From the NCBI RefSeq assembly GCF_009914755.1, contig NC_060925.1: DNA of 64,000 nt; one strand, 5' to 3'. Shown here piece by piece: positions 14,226 to 34,320 of this stretch (position 1 is its first letter; each line of letters begins with the position of its first letter). Origin of the DNA: the human T2T-CHM13v2.0 reference genome, Homo sapiens. Both the position numbers and the translations under genes were made by a program. The notes below the pieces were generated by a model. It searched no databases, had not been told where the DNA came from, and saw only the letters and a program-made list of their open reading frames with translations.

Positions 14226-15283
14226 AAGAGAAAAGTCAATCAGTCAATCAATCAAAACTGACCCAGAAGTGACACATGATAGAATTAGGAGGCAAAGACT
14301 TTAAAACACCAATTGTAACTGAATTCCATATGTTCAAAAAGCCAGAAGAAAGATTAAACATGTTAAACAGAATAATAGAAGATATTTTAAAAATACTCAA
14401 ATCAAACATCCAAACATGAAAATCACAATGTTTGAAGTGAAAAATATACTGGATGAGATTAATGGCAGTTTTGACACTGCAGAAGAACAGATTTGTAAAC
14501 TTGAAGATACAGCAATAGAAGCTATCCAAAATAAAACACAGAAAGAAAAAAGACAAAAACAAATAAAAAGAGCATCAGTGAGTCATGGGATAATTTAAAG
14601 CAGCCTAACATATGTATATTTGGAGTCCCTTAAGGAGAGAAGGGAAGAAAAGAAAAAAATTGAAGAAACATCTGAAAAATTTCCAAATTTGATGAAAACT
14701 ATAAACTCACATAACCATGAAACTCAACAAACCTAAACACAAGAAACATAAAGAAAAAATACACCAAGGCACATCACAATCAAATTGCTCAAAACAAGTT
14801 AAAATGAGAGAATCTTAAAAACCGCTAAAGGAAGAAGAAACATTACACAGAGGAACAAAGAATGACAGTAGATTTTTTTTATTATAAACAATGCAAGCTA
14901 AGAGATAGTGGAACAACATCTTTAAAGTACTGAAAGGAAAAATCTACCAAGCTAGAATTCTACACCCATTGAAAATATATTTCAAAAATGAAGGGGAAAT
15001 AAATACTTTCTTGGAAATACAAAAACTGAAAGAATTTATCACCAGCAGACCTGTACTTACAAGAAATGTTAAAGGAAGTTATTCAAGCAGAAAGAAAATG
15101 ATACAAGATGGAAATCTGGATCTATGTAAAGAAATGAAAAGTACTGGAAATGGCAATTATGTGGGTAAAAAATAATGCCTTTTAAAAATTATTTAAATCC
15201 CTTTAAAGATAATCAACAATTTAGAGCAAAAGCAATAACAATGCATTGTTACTGTGGGGTTATAAGTAAAAGTAAAATATCTA

Positions 15284-15650
<367 letters not shown>

Positions 15651-15724
15651 CTAAGTGGAAGTGTACTGTTATAAGGGTCATATTCTGTTTGTGAGGTGGT
15701 GTACTATCACTTGAAGGTAGGCTG

Positions 15725-15900
15725 TTGTCTTATCTATTCCTGCTGCTGTGACAAAATACCTTAGGCAAGAAGCTAAGGTGGAAGGATCACTTGAGCCCAG
15801 GAGTTAGAGGTTACATTACAATGAGCTATGATTGTGCCACTGCACTCCAGCCCAGGTGACAGAGTGAAACCCTGTCTCTTAAAAAAGAAAGAGAAGAAAA
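15725..15900 (+). mobile_element. Short MST/MLT1 LTR end fused to an AluJ right arm/FRAM
   Basis: tgtcttatctattcctgctgctgtgacaaaatacctta joined directly to gctaaggtggaaggatcacttgagcccagg. Confidence 0.7.
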
Positions 15901-16310
15901 AATACTCAATCCAAAAAAGGCAGAAAAAGAGAAAAAATGGAAGAAAAAATTGAAATAGGACAAACAGAAGTCAGATAGCCAGAATTCAAACTCAACCATA
16001 TCAAGAATTACATTAATGTAAAAGATTTAAATACTCCAATTAAAAAGTATAGATTTTCAGACTGAATAAAAAAGCAAGGCACAGCTATATGTTACTTATA
16101 AGACATCCACTTTAAATATAAGATACAAACAGGTTAAAAGTAAAAGGATGGAAAAATATATATCACATCATAGCCAATCAAAATGAAGTAGATTTCAGAG
16201 TAAAGGTTATTATTAGAGATAAAGTGAGTTATTTCACAAAGAAAAGGGGGTCAATTAATCAGGAGAACATAGAAGTCCTAAGCAACTAATAAGGGAGCTT
16301 TGAAATACAT

Positions 16311-16680
16311 TGTTATGGGCTAAATTGTGTACCCTTTCCAAAATCATAAAGTCCTAACCTCCAATGTGACTATATTTGGAGATAGGATATTTAAAGAGAT
16401 AATCAGGTTAAATTAGGGTGGGCCCTAATCTACTATGACTGGTGTCTTTGTAAGAAGAGAGAATTTGGACACAGACAAGGTACAGAGGGAATATGATGTG
16501 AAGACACAGGGAGAAGACCGTCATCTACAAGACAAGGAGAGAGGCCTCAGAAGACATCAACCCTGCTGAAATCTTAATCTTGGATTTCTGGCCTCCATAT
16601 CTGTGAGGAAATAATTTTTTTTTTGTTTAAGCCACATTGTCTATAGTGCTGTATTATGGCAGCCCTAGCAAACTAATACA
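16311..16680 (+). mobile_element. MLT1B/MLT1A0 solo LTR
   Basis: tgttatgggctaaattgtgt...ggcagccctagcaaactaataca; TSD tacat/tgcat. Confidence 0.88.
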
Positions 16681-17846
16681 TGCATGAAGCAAAAACTGAT
16701 AGAACGAACTGCAAGGAAAAAGAGACAAAGCCACAATGATAGTAGGAGATTCCAACACCCTTCTATTAGAAGTTGATAGAAAGAGTAGGCATAGATCAGT
16801 AAAGATACAGGAGTTGAACAATACTGTCAGCCAACTTGATCTAATAGACATTTATAGAACACTTCATCCAACATCAGCAAAGTACACATTAATTTCAGCT
16901 AACACGGAACATTTACTAAGACAGACCATATTCTGGGGCATGAAACAAGGATTGATAAATTTAAATGAACTCAAGTCATATAAAGTATATTTCCTGACAA
17001 CAATGAAATAAAATTAAAAGTCAATAATGGAAAGATCTCTGGAAAATCTGCAAGTATTTAGAAACTGAATAACATACTTCTAAACAATCCATGGGCTAAA
17101 GAAGAAATCAAAAGACAAATTAAAATATTTTGAATGGAATTAAAATGGTAATACACATATTAAAATTTGTAGGATGCTGCTACATAGTACATAGAAGGAA
17201 AGTTATAGCACTAAATGCTCTATATTAATCAAGGGCCTTAGCTTTCACCTTAAGAAACAACAAAAAGAGAAAATTAAATGTAAAGTAAGCAGAAGAAATA
17301 AATGATAAAGATGAAAGCAAAATTCAATGAAATAGAAAACAAAAGCGATACAGAACATCAATGACAACAAAAGCTGGTTCATAGAGCAGACCAGTAAAAT
17401 TGACAAATCTCTATCCAGACTGATTTGGGAAAAAAGGGAAAGAAAATATAAATTATTTCAATACCAAGAATGAAAGGGTGACATCACCACAGATTCTAAA
17501 TACATCAAAAGGATAATAAGGGAGTACTATGAGCACCTTTGTGCCAAGAAGTTGGATAACTTAGATGAAATGGACAAATTCCTCAAAAGATAAAAACTAC
17601 CAAAGTTCACTCAAGAAGAAATAAATAACCTGAATAGCCCTCAAATATTACATAAATTGAATTCGTATTTAAAAGCCTTTCCATAAATAAAACTCCAGGT
17701 CCAGACAGCTTCACTGAGGAATTCTTCCAAACATATAAGAAGGAAATAATACAAATTCTAAATAAAATCTTCCATAAAATTGAAGAGGAGGGAATATTTT
17801 CCAATTCATCCTATAAAACCAGCAGGTTGAATTTAACAATATATAA

Positions 17847-18184
<338 letters not shown>

Positions 18185-18387
18185 CTATGCCTCGGGAATG
18201 TAAGATTGGTTTAAGCATCCCAAATCAATCACTATAATTTATCATGTTGACAGGCTGAGAAAGAAAAGCTATATAATCATCTTAATTGATGCAGAAAAAA
18301 AATTTATAAAAGCCAGCACTCAATCTTGATTAAAACACTCAATGTGCTAGGAACAATAGTGGAGTTCCTCAGCCCAGTGAAGATCAC

Positions 18388-20192
18388 TTTTTTATTTAAA
18401 ATTTTTATTGTATATATTTAAGGTATATAAATACCTTAAATATGATGTTTGGTATACATACATTTGGCGAAGTTGTTAATGTAGTCAAGCAAATTAACAT
18501 ATCCATCATCTCAAATAGTTACTCCTTTCCTTTTGTGGGAATACCACCTAAAATCCATTCTTTCAACAAAAATCTCAAATATAATACAATATTATTAGTG
18601 ATAGTCCTTATGTGTTACATTAGATCTCCAGATTTGTTCATCCTACATAGCTACAACACTGTATCCTTGGATCTACATCTCCCTATTTACTCCTTCCCAT
18701 CTACCATTTTATTCTCCATCTTTCTGACTTTTCTTTTTTTTGATGATTCCACATATAAGTGAGATCATGCAATATTTTCCTTTCTGTGTTTGGCTTATTT
18801 CATTTAGCATAATGTCTTCCAAGTTCATCCATGTTGTGGTAAATGGCAGGATCTCCTTTTTTAAGGCTGAATGATATTCCATCATATATGTGCACCATGG
18901 TTTCTTTACCCATTCATCCATCGATGGATATTTTAGTTTGTTTTCATATCATGGCTATTGTGAATAATGCTGCAATGAACATGGGAGTACAGACGTTTCT
19001 ATGAGATGATGATTTTATTTCATTTTTGTATATACCCACAAGAAGGATTGCTGGGTCATATAGTACTTCTATTTTTAATTTCTTTGGAAACCTCCATGCT
19101 GTTTTCCACAATGGCTGTACCGATCTACATTCCCACCAACAGTGTACAAGGGTTCCCTTTTCTCCACACTCTTAACATGTGTTATCTCTCATCTTTTTGA
19201 TAATAACCATCTTAACAGGTGTGAGGTGATATCTCCTTGTGGTTTTGATTCGCATTTCCCTGATGATTAGTGATGTTGAACACCTTTTCATACACGTATT
19301 GACCATTTTAATGTCTTCTTTGAAGAAATGTCTTTTCAGTCCTTTGCGCATTTTTTAATTGGGTTATTTGTTTTCTTGCTATTGTTTCTTGCTATTGAAT
19401 TGTTTGAGTTTCTTATATATTTTGGATATCAGATGTACGGTTTGCAAACATTTTCTCCCATTTTGTATGCTGCCTTTTCCTTTTACTGACTGTTTCCCCT
19501 GCTGTGAAGAAGCTCTTTGGTTTGATGTAGTCCCATTTATTTATTTTTGCTTTTATAGCCTGAGCTTTTTGTGTGATATCCAGAAAATTATTACCAAGGC
19601 CAAAGTCAAGGAGCTTTTCCTCTGTGTTTTCTTTTAGAAATTTTATGGTTTTGGTTCTTATATTTAGGTCCTTTGTCCATTTTGAGTTGATTTTTTTCTG
19701 TATAATATAAGAGTCCAGTTTCCACATTTTTTGGCATGTGGAAATCTAGTTTTTCAGCACCATCTATTGAAGAGGCTGTCTTTTCCCCATTATGTCTTCT
19801 TGGTACCCTTGTCAAAAATTAGTTGACCATATATGACTGAGTTTATTTCTGGGCTCTCTATTCTGTTCCATTTGTCTATGTGTCTGTCTTTTATGTCAGT
19901 ACTATACTGTTTTGATTACCATACCTTTATAATATAATTAAAAATCAGGAAATGTGATGCCTTCAACTTTGTTTTTCTTTCTCTAAATTGCTTTGGCTAC
20001 TTGTGGTCTTTTGTGGTTCCATACAAATTTTAGAATTGCTTTTCCTATTTCTGTAAAGAATGCCATTGAAACTTTCATAGGGATTGGAATAAACCTGTAT
20101 ATGGAATTCAGTAGTATGAACATTTTAACAATATTAATTCTAATCCATGAACATAGGATGTCTTTCCATTTAGTTGTGTCTTCTTCAATTTC
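18388..20192 (-). mobile_element. L1MA (L1MA8/9-like), 5'-truncated
   Basis: 3' end tttttattgtatatatttaagg..caagcaaattaacatatcc; ORF2 C-terminal remnants ([20 protein letters not shown]). Confidence 0.88.
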
Positions 20193-20750
20193 AAATGGCA
20201 TTTATGAAAAACCTACAGTTTACAGCATACTTCATGGTGAAAGACTGAATGCTTTCCTCTAAGATCAGAATCAAATCAAGGATGTCTGCACTCATCTCTT
20301 TTATTCATCGTTACTGTACTAGGGGTTCTTGCCAGTCCCATTGGAATAAGAAGTGAGTTTGGTAAGGCTTCAGGATACAAAATTAATATGTAAGAATCTA
20401 TTGTATTTCTATATATTAGCAACAAACGATCAGAAATTAAAATTTAAAAACATCTTTTATAATAGCCTTAAAATATAGGAAATACTTAGGGATGAATCTA
20501 CAAGATATGTGGAAGACCTATATATTGAACACTACAAAACATTGCTGAGAGAAATTAAAGACTCAAATAAATGGGAAGATATACCATGTTCTTAGATTAG
20601 AAGACTCAATACTGCTAAGATGTCAACTCTCTCAAAATTCATCTATATATTTAAGAGAATCCTAATGCAAATCCTGTGTGTTTTTGTGTGTGTGTGTGTG
20701 TATTTACAAATGGATGAGCTAATTTTAAAATTCTAAAAAATGCAGAGAAT

Positions 20751-21045
<295 letters not shown>

Positions 21046-21180
21046 AATGCAAAGGATCTAAAATAGAAAAAAATAACTTTGAAAAAAAAGAAGAAAGTTG
21101 AAGGACTTATTTGACTTTATGACATTATAAAGCTACAGTAGTCAAGATATTTTGGTATTGGTATCAAGATAGACAAACAG

Positions 21181-21541
<361 letters not shown>

Positions 21542-22000
21542 TTATATAGTCAACTGATTTTTGACAAAGATGTGCAGGCCATTCATTTGAGAAAAGATAA
21601 TCTTTTAAAACAAATAATATTGGAAAAATTATATATTCATGTGCAAATGCAAAAACAAAACAAAAATAAAACTTGAGCCATAACTTCAAATGTATCATAG
21701 AAAATTAGCATATAAAAATGTTTGACATCATTAATCATTAAGGAGATGCAAATGAAAACTACAATAAGATACTACCATGCACCTGTTGATTTTAGATCTT
21801 TCCTGCTTAAGTGTACAACATAAAAATATAAAACTTCTAGAAGAAAACATATAAGATAATTTTATGGGCCTTGAGTTGGGCAAAGATTTATTGGACATAA
21901 TACCAAAACAAAAAAAAAATGACTACAACAAACAAGAAAAAATTGATAAACTGGATTTCATCGAAGTTAAGAAAATTTGTAATTCAAAAGAATCTATTAT

Positions 22001-22172
22001 AGCTAAGCATGGTGATATGAACCTGTAGTCTCAGTTACTCATGAAGCTGAGATGGGAGGATCACTTGAGCCCAGGAATTTGAGGCTGCAGTGTGTTATGA
22101 TTGCACCTGTGAATAACTACTGTACTCTAGCCTGGCCAACACAGTGAGACCCCATCTGTAAAAAGAGAAAAA
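22001..22172 (+). mobile_element. FAM (fossil Alu monomer)
   Basis: Contains FAM-specific cctgtgaata.c.actg segment; TSD ~ctattat. Confidence 0.8.
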
Positions 22173-22716
22173 AATACTATTATAAAAACGAAAAGACAAG
22201 CCACAGACTGGGGAAAAATATTTGCATATCACATATCTGATAAAGGACTTGTAACTAGAATGTATAAAGAACTCTGAAAACTCAATAATAGTAAAACACA
22301 CATCTCTCCCAAAATGGGCAAAAAACTTTCAGACACTTAAATAATATATGCAGATGGAAAATTAGTATATAAAATATGTTCGACATCATTAATCATTAAG
22401 GAGATGCAAATTAAAACTACAATAAGATACTACTATGCACCTGTTGTAATGTCTAAGATCATACCATCTGTTGGGGAGGATATGGAGAAACTTGACAATT
22501 CCTTTTTATAAAATTATACTTTAAGTTCTAGGGTACATGTGTACAACGTGCAGGTTTGTTACACAGATATACATGTGCCATGTTGGTTTGCTGCACCCAT
22601 CAACTCATCATTTACATTAGGTATTTCTCCTAATGCTATCCCTCCCCCAGCCCCCCACTCCCCAACAGGCCCCGGTGTGTGATGCTCCCCTCCCTGTGTC
22701 CATGTGTTCTCATTGT

Positions 22717-26780
<4,064 letters not shown>

Positions 26781-26888
26781 TACATTTAAGGTTAATATTG
26801 TTATGTGTGAATTTGATCCTGCCATTATGATGCTAGCTGGTTATTTCACTGTTTAATTGATGCAGTTTCTTCATAGCGTTGATGGTCT

Positions 26889-27440
26889 CTACAATTTGGC
26901 ATGTTTTTGCAGTGGCTGGTACCGTTTGTTCATGTCCATGTTTAGTGCTTCCTTCAGGAGCTCTTGTAAGGCAGGCCTGGTGGTGACAAAATCTCTCAGC
27001 ATTTGGTTGACTGTAAGGGATTTTATTTCTCCTTCATTTATGAAGCTTATTTTGGCTGGATATGAAATTCTGGGTTGAAAATTCTTTTCTTTAAGAATGT
27101 TGAATATTGACCCCCACTCTCTTCTGGTTTGTAGGGTTTCTGCAGAGAGATCTGCTAGTCTGATGGGCTTCCCTTTGTGGGTAACCCGCCCTTTCTCTCT
27201 GGCTGCCCTTAGCATTTTTTCCTTCATTTCAACCTTGGTGAATCTGACATTTATGTGTCTCGGGGTTGCTCTTCTCAAGGAGTAATCTTTGTGGTGTTCT
27301 CTGCATTTCTTGAATTTGAATGTTGGCCTGCCTTGCTAGGTTGGGGATGTTCTCCTGGATAGTATCCTGAAGAATGTTTTCTAACTTGGTTCCATTCTCC
27401 CCATCACTTTCAGGTACACCAATCCAAAGGAGATTTGGTC
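26889..27440 (-). pseudogene. L1 ORF1p C-terminal remnant
   Basis: RATPRHINVRFTKVEMKEKMLRAAREKG...FQPRISYPAK. Confidence 0.93.
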
Positions 27441-27483
27441 TTGATAATTCTTATATTGCTGGTGGGAATATCAAATGTACATC

Positions 27484-27893
27484 TGAGATGGTTTTCATCT
27501 GTGTCCCCACCCAAATCTCACATTCAATTGTAATCCCTGGTGTTGGAGGTGGGATCTGGTGGGAAGTGATTGGATCACAGGGACTGTTTCTCATGGTTAA
27601 CATCATCTCCCTTGGAGCTGTCATTACGATAGTGAATTCTCATGAGATCTGGTTGTTAAAAAGTGTGTAGCACCGCCGCCTTCTCTCTGTTCCTCCTGCT
27701 TCAACCATGTAAGACATGCCTGCTTCCCCTTCACCTTCCACTATGAGTCAAAGCTCCCTGAGGCCTCCCCAGAAGCAGATGCAGCCAAGCTTCCTATACA
27801 GCTTGCAGTACTGTGAGCCACTTAAACCTCTTTTCTTTATAAATTATCCAGTCCCAGGTATTTCTTCATAGCAGTGTGAGAATGACTAGTATG
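27484..27893 (+). mobile_element. MSTA-like solo LTR
   Basis: tgtgtccccacccaaatctca..gttggaggtgg..gaagcagatgc..ttataaatta. Confidence 0.85.
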
Positions 27894-27982
27894 ATAGCCA
27901 TTTTGGAAAACAGTTTGGCAGTTTCTCAATAATTTACCTAGGTATCTCTAACGTATATTGAGCCATTCCACTTCTAGGTACC

Positions 27983-28405
27983 TATATTAGGCTATTGGTG
28001 TGTTGCTGTAAAGAAGTACCCAAGACTGGATAGTTTATAAAGAAAAGTGGTTTAATTGAGTCACAGTACTGCAGGCTGTACAGGAAGCATGGCGCTAGGC
28101 ATCTGCTTGGCTTCTGGTGAGGCCTCAGGAAACTTACAATCATGGCAGAAGACAAAGGGGAAGCTGGCCTATCACATGGCAAGAGCAGGAGTAAGACAGA
28201 GAGGTGGTGGGGTGCAGTGGGGAGGTGCCACACACTTTTAAACAACCAGATCTTGTGTGAACTCATTCATCACCAAGGGAATGGCACTAAGCCATTCATG
28301 AGGGATACTCCCCCATGATCCAAACATCTCTGACCTTCAGGCCTCACCTCCAACACTGGGAATTACATTTTAACATGAGATTTGGAGAAGACAGCCGAAC
28401 TATAT
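27983..28405 (-). mobile_element. MSTA/MSTB-like solo LTR
   Basis: tattaggc..caggctgtacaggaagcatgg..cttctggtgaggcctcaggaaactt. Confidence 0.85.
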
Positions 28406-28693
28406 GAGAAATGAAAGCGTATGTGCATGCAAAGATTTGTACACAAATGTTTATTGCTGCCTTATTTATAATAGTCACAATTTATTTAGAAGTAACCCTA
28501 ATGTCCCAAATCTATGGATGAATGAATAAACTAAATGTGGCACATCCATACAATGGAAATGCTCCTTGGCAATAAAAAGGATAAATTTTATATGTGCAAT
28601 AGCATGGCTGAATCTCAAAATAATTGTGCTGAGTGAAAGAAGATGGACAAAAAGAGTATGTATGTATTATACTATTCATATAAATTTTTAGAA

Positions 28694-28841
28694 TTTTGTT
28701 TTGTTTTGTTTTAGATGGAGTCTCACTCTGTTGCCCAGGCTGGAGTGCAGTGGTGCGATCTTGGCTCCTGACCTCAGGTGACCCACCCACCTCAGCCTCC
28801 TAAAGTGCTGAGATTACAGGCATGAGCCACTACGCCCAGCC
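28694..28841 (-). mobile_element. Internally deleted Alu
   Basis: Jumps from gatcttggctc to ctgacctcaggtga; no TSD seen. Confidence 0.9.
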
Positions 28842-29112
28842 TGAAGTTCATTTTCTTAATCACGGCGATGATTTCACAGATGCATACATATATGCATAAC
28901 AACCTCTCAAAATTGTTCACTTTAAGTATGGGCAGTTTATTGTTTGTCAATTGTATTTCAATAAATCAGTTAGAAAAAATCCCAGAAGAAGGGTGGGAAG
29001 CAGTAAAGTGAACAAAGAAGCTGGTAAATGTGTTGGTGAATTTAAATAAGTATTGATTACTATAGTAATAATAATAATAATTACTATTTTGGGGGTTTTA
29101 AAACAAGATTGA

Positions 29113-29502
<390 letters not shown>

Positions 29503-29739
29503 CTAGGGATTTTACTGAGTTCTAGATTTTAAGAGTGCATGATGTATACTTAACTTCATGCTAGTTCAGGGAAAAAAAGAATAGAATTAAAAAGAAATCA
29601 ATCCAATTAAAAATGTGAAATAAGAAAAAAGAAGCAAATAAAAAGCATGTAAATTGAAAGACACAAAATAAGATAGAAGCTGAAGCCATGGGAAAACATA
29701 CAGGAATAGCTGAATGCACACCCCTAAAAATTCCTATGG

Positions 29740-31226
29740 GACATCTACAGTGAACTCATTTTTCACAAAGGTGCTAAGAACATTCACTGGGGAAAGGAAA
29801 GTCTCTTCAATATTTGGAGCTAGGAAAACAGGATCTCCATATGCAGAAGAATGAAAGTAGACCCCTATCTCTTGCCATATACAATAATCAAGTAAGAATG
29901 GATTAAAGACTTAAATCTAAGACCCCAACTGTGAAACTACTAAAAGGAAACATTGGGAAAACTCTCTAGGACATTGGTCTGGGCAAAGATTTCTCAAATA
30001 ATACCTCAAAGGCACAGACAACCAAAGCAAAAACGGACAAATGAGATCACATCCAGCTAAAAATCTTCTGCACAGCAAAGGAAACAATCAGCAAAGTAAA
30101 GAGACAACTCACACAATGAAAGGCAATATTTGCAAACTACCCATCTGAAAGGGATTAACAACCAGAATATATAAGGAGCTCAGACAACTTGATCAGAAAA
30201 AATGAAGTAATTGGATTAAAAAGTGGGCAAAAGATCCAAATAGATATTTCTCCAAAGAAGACCTACAAATGATTGATAGGTGTTTGAAAAAAATGCTCAA
30301 CATTATTAATCATCAGAGAAATGCAAATGAAAACTACAATGAGATATCATCTCACCCCAGTTAAAATGGCTTTCACTCAAAAGACAGGCAATAACAAATA
30401 CTGGTGAGGATATGGTGAAAGGGGAACCCTCGTACACTGTTGGGAGTGTAAATTAGTATAGTCACTATGGAGAGTAGTTTGAAAGTTCCTCAGAAAAACT
30501 AAAGATAGAACTACCATATGATCTAGCAATTCCACTAGTAGGTATACATCCAAATAAAGGAAAGTAGTGTATTGATTAGATATCTGCGCTCCCATGTTTA
30601 TTGCAGCACTGTGCACAATAGCCAAGATTTGGAATCAATCTAAGTGTCCCCAAATAGATGAATAAATAAAGAAAATGTTGTACATGTACACAGTGGAATA
30701 TTATTCATCCATAAAAATAATTAAATTCTGTCATTTGCAACAACATGGATGGAACTGGAAGACATTATGTAAGTGAAATAAGCCAGGCACAGAAAGACAA
30801 ATTTCTCATGTTCTCACTTATATGTGGGAGCTAAAAATTAAAACAATTGAACTCATGAAGATAGAGAGTAGAATGATGGTCACCAAAGGCTGAGAAGGAA
30901 GCTTGGGGTAGGGTGGGGTAGGGGAGAATGGTTAATGGGCACAAAAATATACTTATATAGAATGAATAATATCCTAGTATTTTAGTATTTGATAGCACAA
31001 CAGAGTGACTATGGTCAACAGTAATTTATTGTATATTTAAAAATAACTAAAAGAGTGATGTTGGAATGTTCCTAACACAAAGAAATGATAAATGCTCGAG
31101 GCAATGGATACCCTGATTACCCTGATGTGATTATTATACATTGAGTGCCTGGATCAGTACATTGCCCTATGTACTCCATGAATATGGAGTATCCATAGTC
31201 ACTAACATTTTTTAAAAATTTAAAAA
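29740..31226 (+). mobile_element. L1MA 3' part (ORF2 end + 3' UTR)
   Basis: catctacagtgaactcattttt..gatagcacaacag..gattaccctgatgtgattatta. Confidence 0.88.
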
Positions 31227-31739
31227 TCAATATAAAAATTCTGTACCCTGGTAGTGTTGCAAAAATGAAGTTCACAGTCACATTCAGAGTGATATTTTCT
31301 ACAAATCCTCAAATAAATTTTGAAATTGAGCACACATATATAGGAATATGCTGATGCTTGTAATGTTTTCTTAATGTCACGAATTTTTTGAAAAAGGTTT
31401 TCTGCCATAAACCAGGGGCCTATATATGCTTATTATGTATAACAAACATGGTTTGAAGCAATGTTTCTCATGATTATAAAAGTAAATACAGTCAAGGTGT
31501 TGCCAACTAAACCTTGGGCTAATAATTTTATCTTATTATATGTCAGTATCTCCAACCTGTGATATATTTATAAAAACAAACGTTTCCATAATACTTTAAC
31601 TCTAAGACCAGTGCTGTACTTACACTGAAAGTGAAATGTAAGACCTCCTATATTCTTCTCCTCTGAAAAAGTTTAGAGAGTTTTTCCATCCCTTGCATTC
31701 TAAAGTAAAAGGGGTGGGAGAGGAGGGGAAAATGAGACA

Positions 31740-32580
<841 letters not shown>

Positions 32581-33164
32581 AGAGGCCACCATCCATCCCT
32601 TACAACCCAGCTTCCAGCTCAGCATCAGGAACAGGCACGTGGCACAAAGATGTTCCCAGGGAGCAATGACTTCCTGGCTCAGTGCTAAGGAGGCTAAATT
32701 GGAGATAATTGTACTCCCAGCAAATCAGTAACAGCACCATCTCAGTGGAAACCTGCTGCCTAACCTGATCTAACTTCTGACCTTCAGATCCACCTTATGA
32801 AGTGAGAGCAGTGAGGAAGGAGCCCTGGCCTAGGGTCTGAAGGCCTGGGTTTTGGTGCCCAATTCAGCACTAGCTCACTGTGTAACCTTGGCCAATTCCC
32901 TTGCCCAATCTGAGCCATGTAATCTGTCACTCCTGCCTCACACAGAGGGTGTTAGACCAGCAGGCGTTTTCCTCTCTGACCATCTAGGACTCATTCCAGG
33001 CAACTTTACACTGGGTCAGATGCAGCTCCAGATCTCTGCACCCCACCTTAATATCCCAACCACCAGCTTGCTCTCCTAGCAGGGCCACCCCCATCCTACC
33101 ACTGGGCTCCCCCACCTGGGGAAGCAAGATCTTCTGACTGTTCTCTTTCTTCAGAATGAAAACA

Positions 33165-34320
33165 ACTTTATTGTTTTCATTATTAAAATAATATAGACTC
33201 ATTAAAAAGAAATTTAAACCATAAGAGAAGTATACAGGAGAAAGTAAAATTTAAGTGAAATCTTATTATACAAAGGTAGCCACCATTAAGATTTTGGTAA
33301 CAGTCTTCCAAGATAACTCCTTATGTTCACACACACACACACAAACACACACCCACAACTTTATGTAAACTGGATCATAGTATTTTAACTATGGTGCAAT
33401 CTCAGTTTTTCACTCCATAATATGTCATGGATATCTATGTAAAAAATATATTTATCTTATTACTGTCAAAGTTTTACTTTGATTACATACTCACATACAA
33501 ATATACAATTTACATAAATGTATAAACGTGATCAGCATGAACATGAGCAGAATCCAGTTACGTCTTTATTTTTAGTGGCTCCCTATTTTTCTCTATAGTC
33601 CATAGATGGACCATAAACACTGTAGCAGCAAACACCTTTAAACATATATTCTTTTGCATTTTTAGGATAAATTTCTAGATGCAGAACAGTTAGGTAGAAA
33701 AATGTAGGGGCTGGGCATGGCAGCTTATGCCTATAATCCAGCACTTTGGAAGGCCAAGGTGGGAGGATCACTCGAGTTCAGGAGTTCAAGATCAGCCTGG
33801 GCAACATAGGGAGATACTGCCTCTACAAAAAATTTAAAAATTAGCTGGGCATGGTGGTGTATGCCTATGGTCCACGCTACTTGAGAAACTGAGGCAGGAG
33901 GATGACTTGAGCCCTGGAGGTCGAGGCTGCAGTGCCCTGTGATTACACACACCACTGCACTCCAGCCTGGACCCTGTCTCAAAAAAAAATGTGAATATTA
34001 AAATTTTTGATATTGCCCTCCAAAAAGCTAGTACCAATCTCACTGCTATTGACAATACATGAATGCCTGTTTCTCAGCACTCTTTCTAAAAGAAGGCATT
34101 GTCAATTTGTAATCTAACAGGTGAACTTGTCATTATTGTTTTTATTATCATTTATTTGGTTATTAGTGAAATTGATCATCTGCTTATTGGCTATTTGGAT
34201 GTTTTCTTTTGTGAAATGGCCTGTTTATGTCCTTTGTCTATTTTTTTCTGTTGGATTAAATTTGTTTGTTTCTTATTGCTTTTTAAGAACTCTTTGTATA
34301 TTAGGGATTTAACCTTAACC
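33165..34320 (-). mobile_element. L1ME-type 3' fragments (split by Alu)
   Basis: aaaataatatagactcatt, aggtagccaccattaag, taggataaatttctaga, ttagtgaaattgatcatct. Confidence 0.65.
33709..33989 (+). mobile_element. Alu (AluJ)
   Basis: Dimer with J diagnostics. Confidence 0.95.

Noticed and set aside
30905-30926. G-quadruplex-like G runs (also ~22640-22675 on the minus strand and ~44645-44665)
   Set aside because: Mostly the ordinary G-rich tract of L1 3' UTRs; nothing indicates function here
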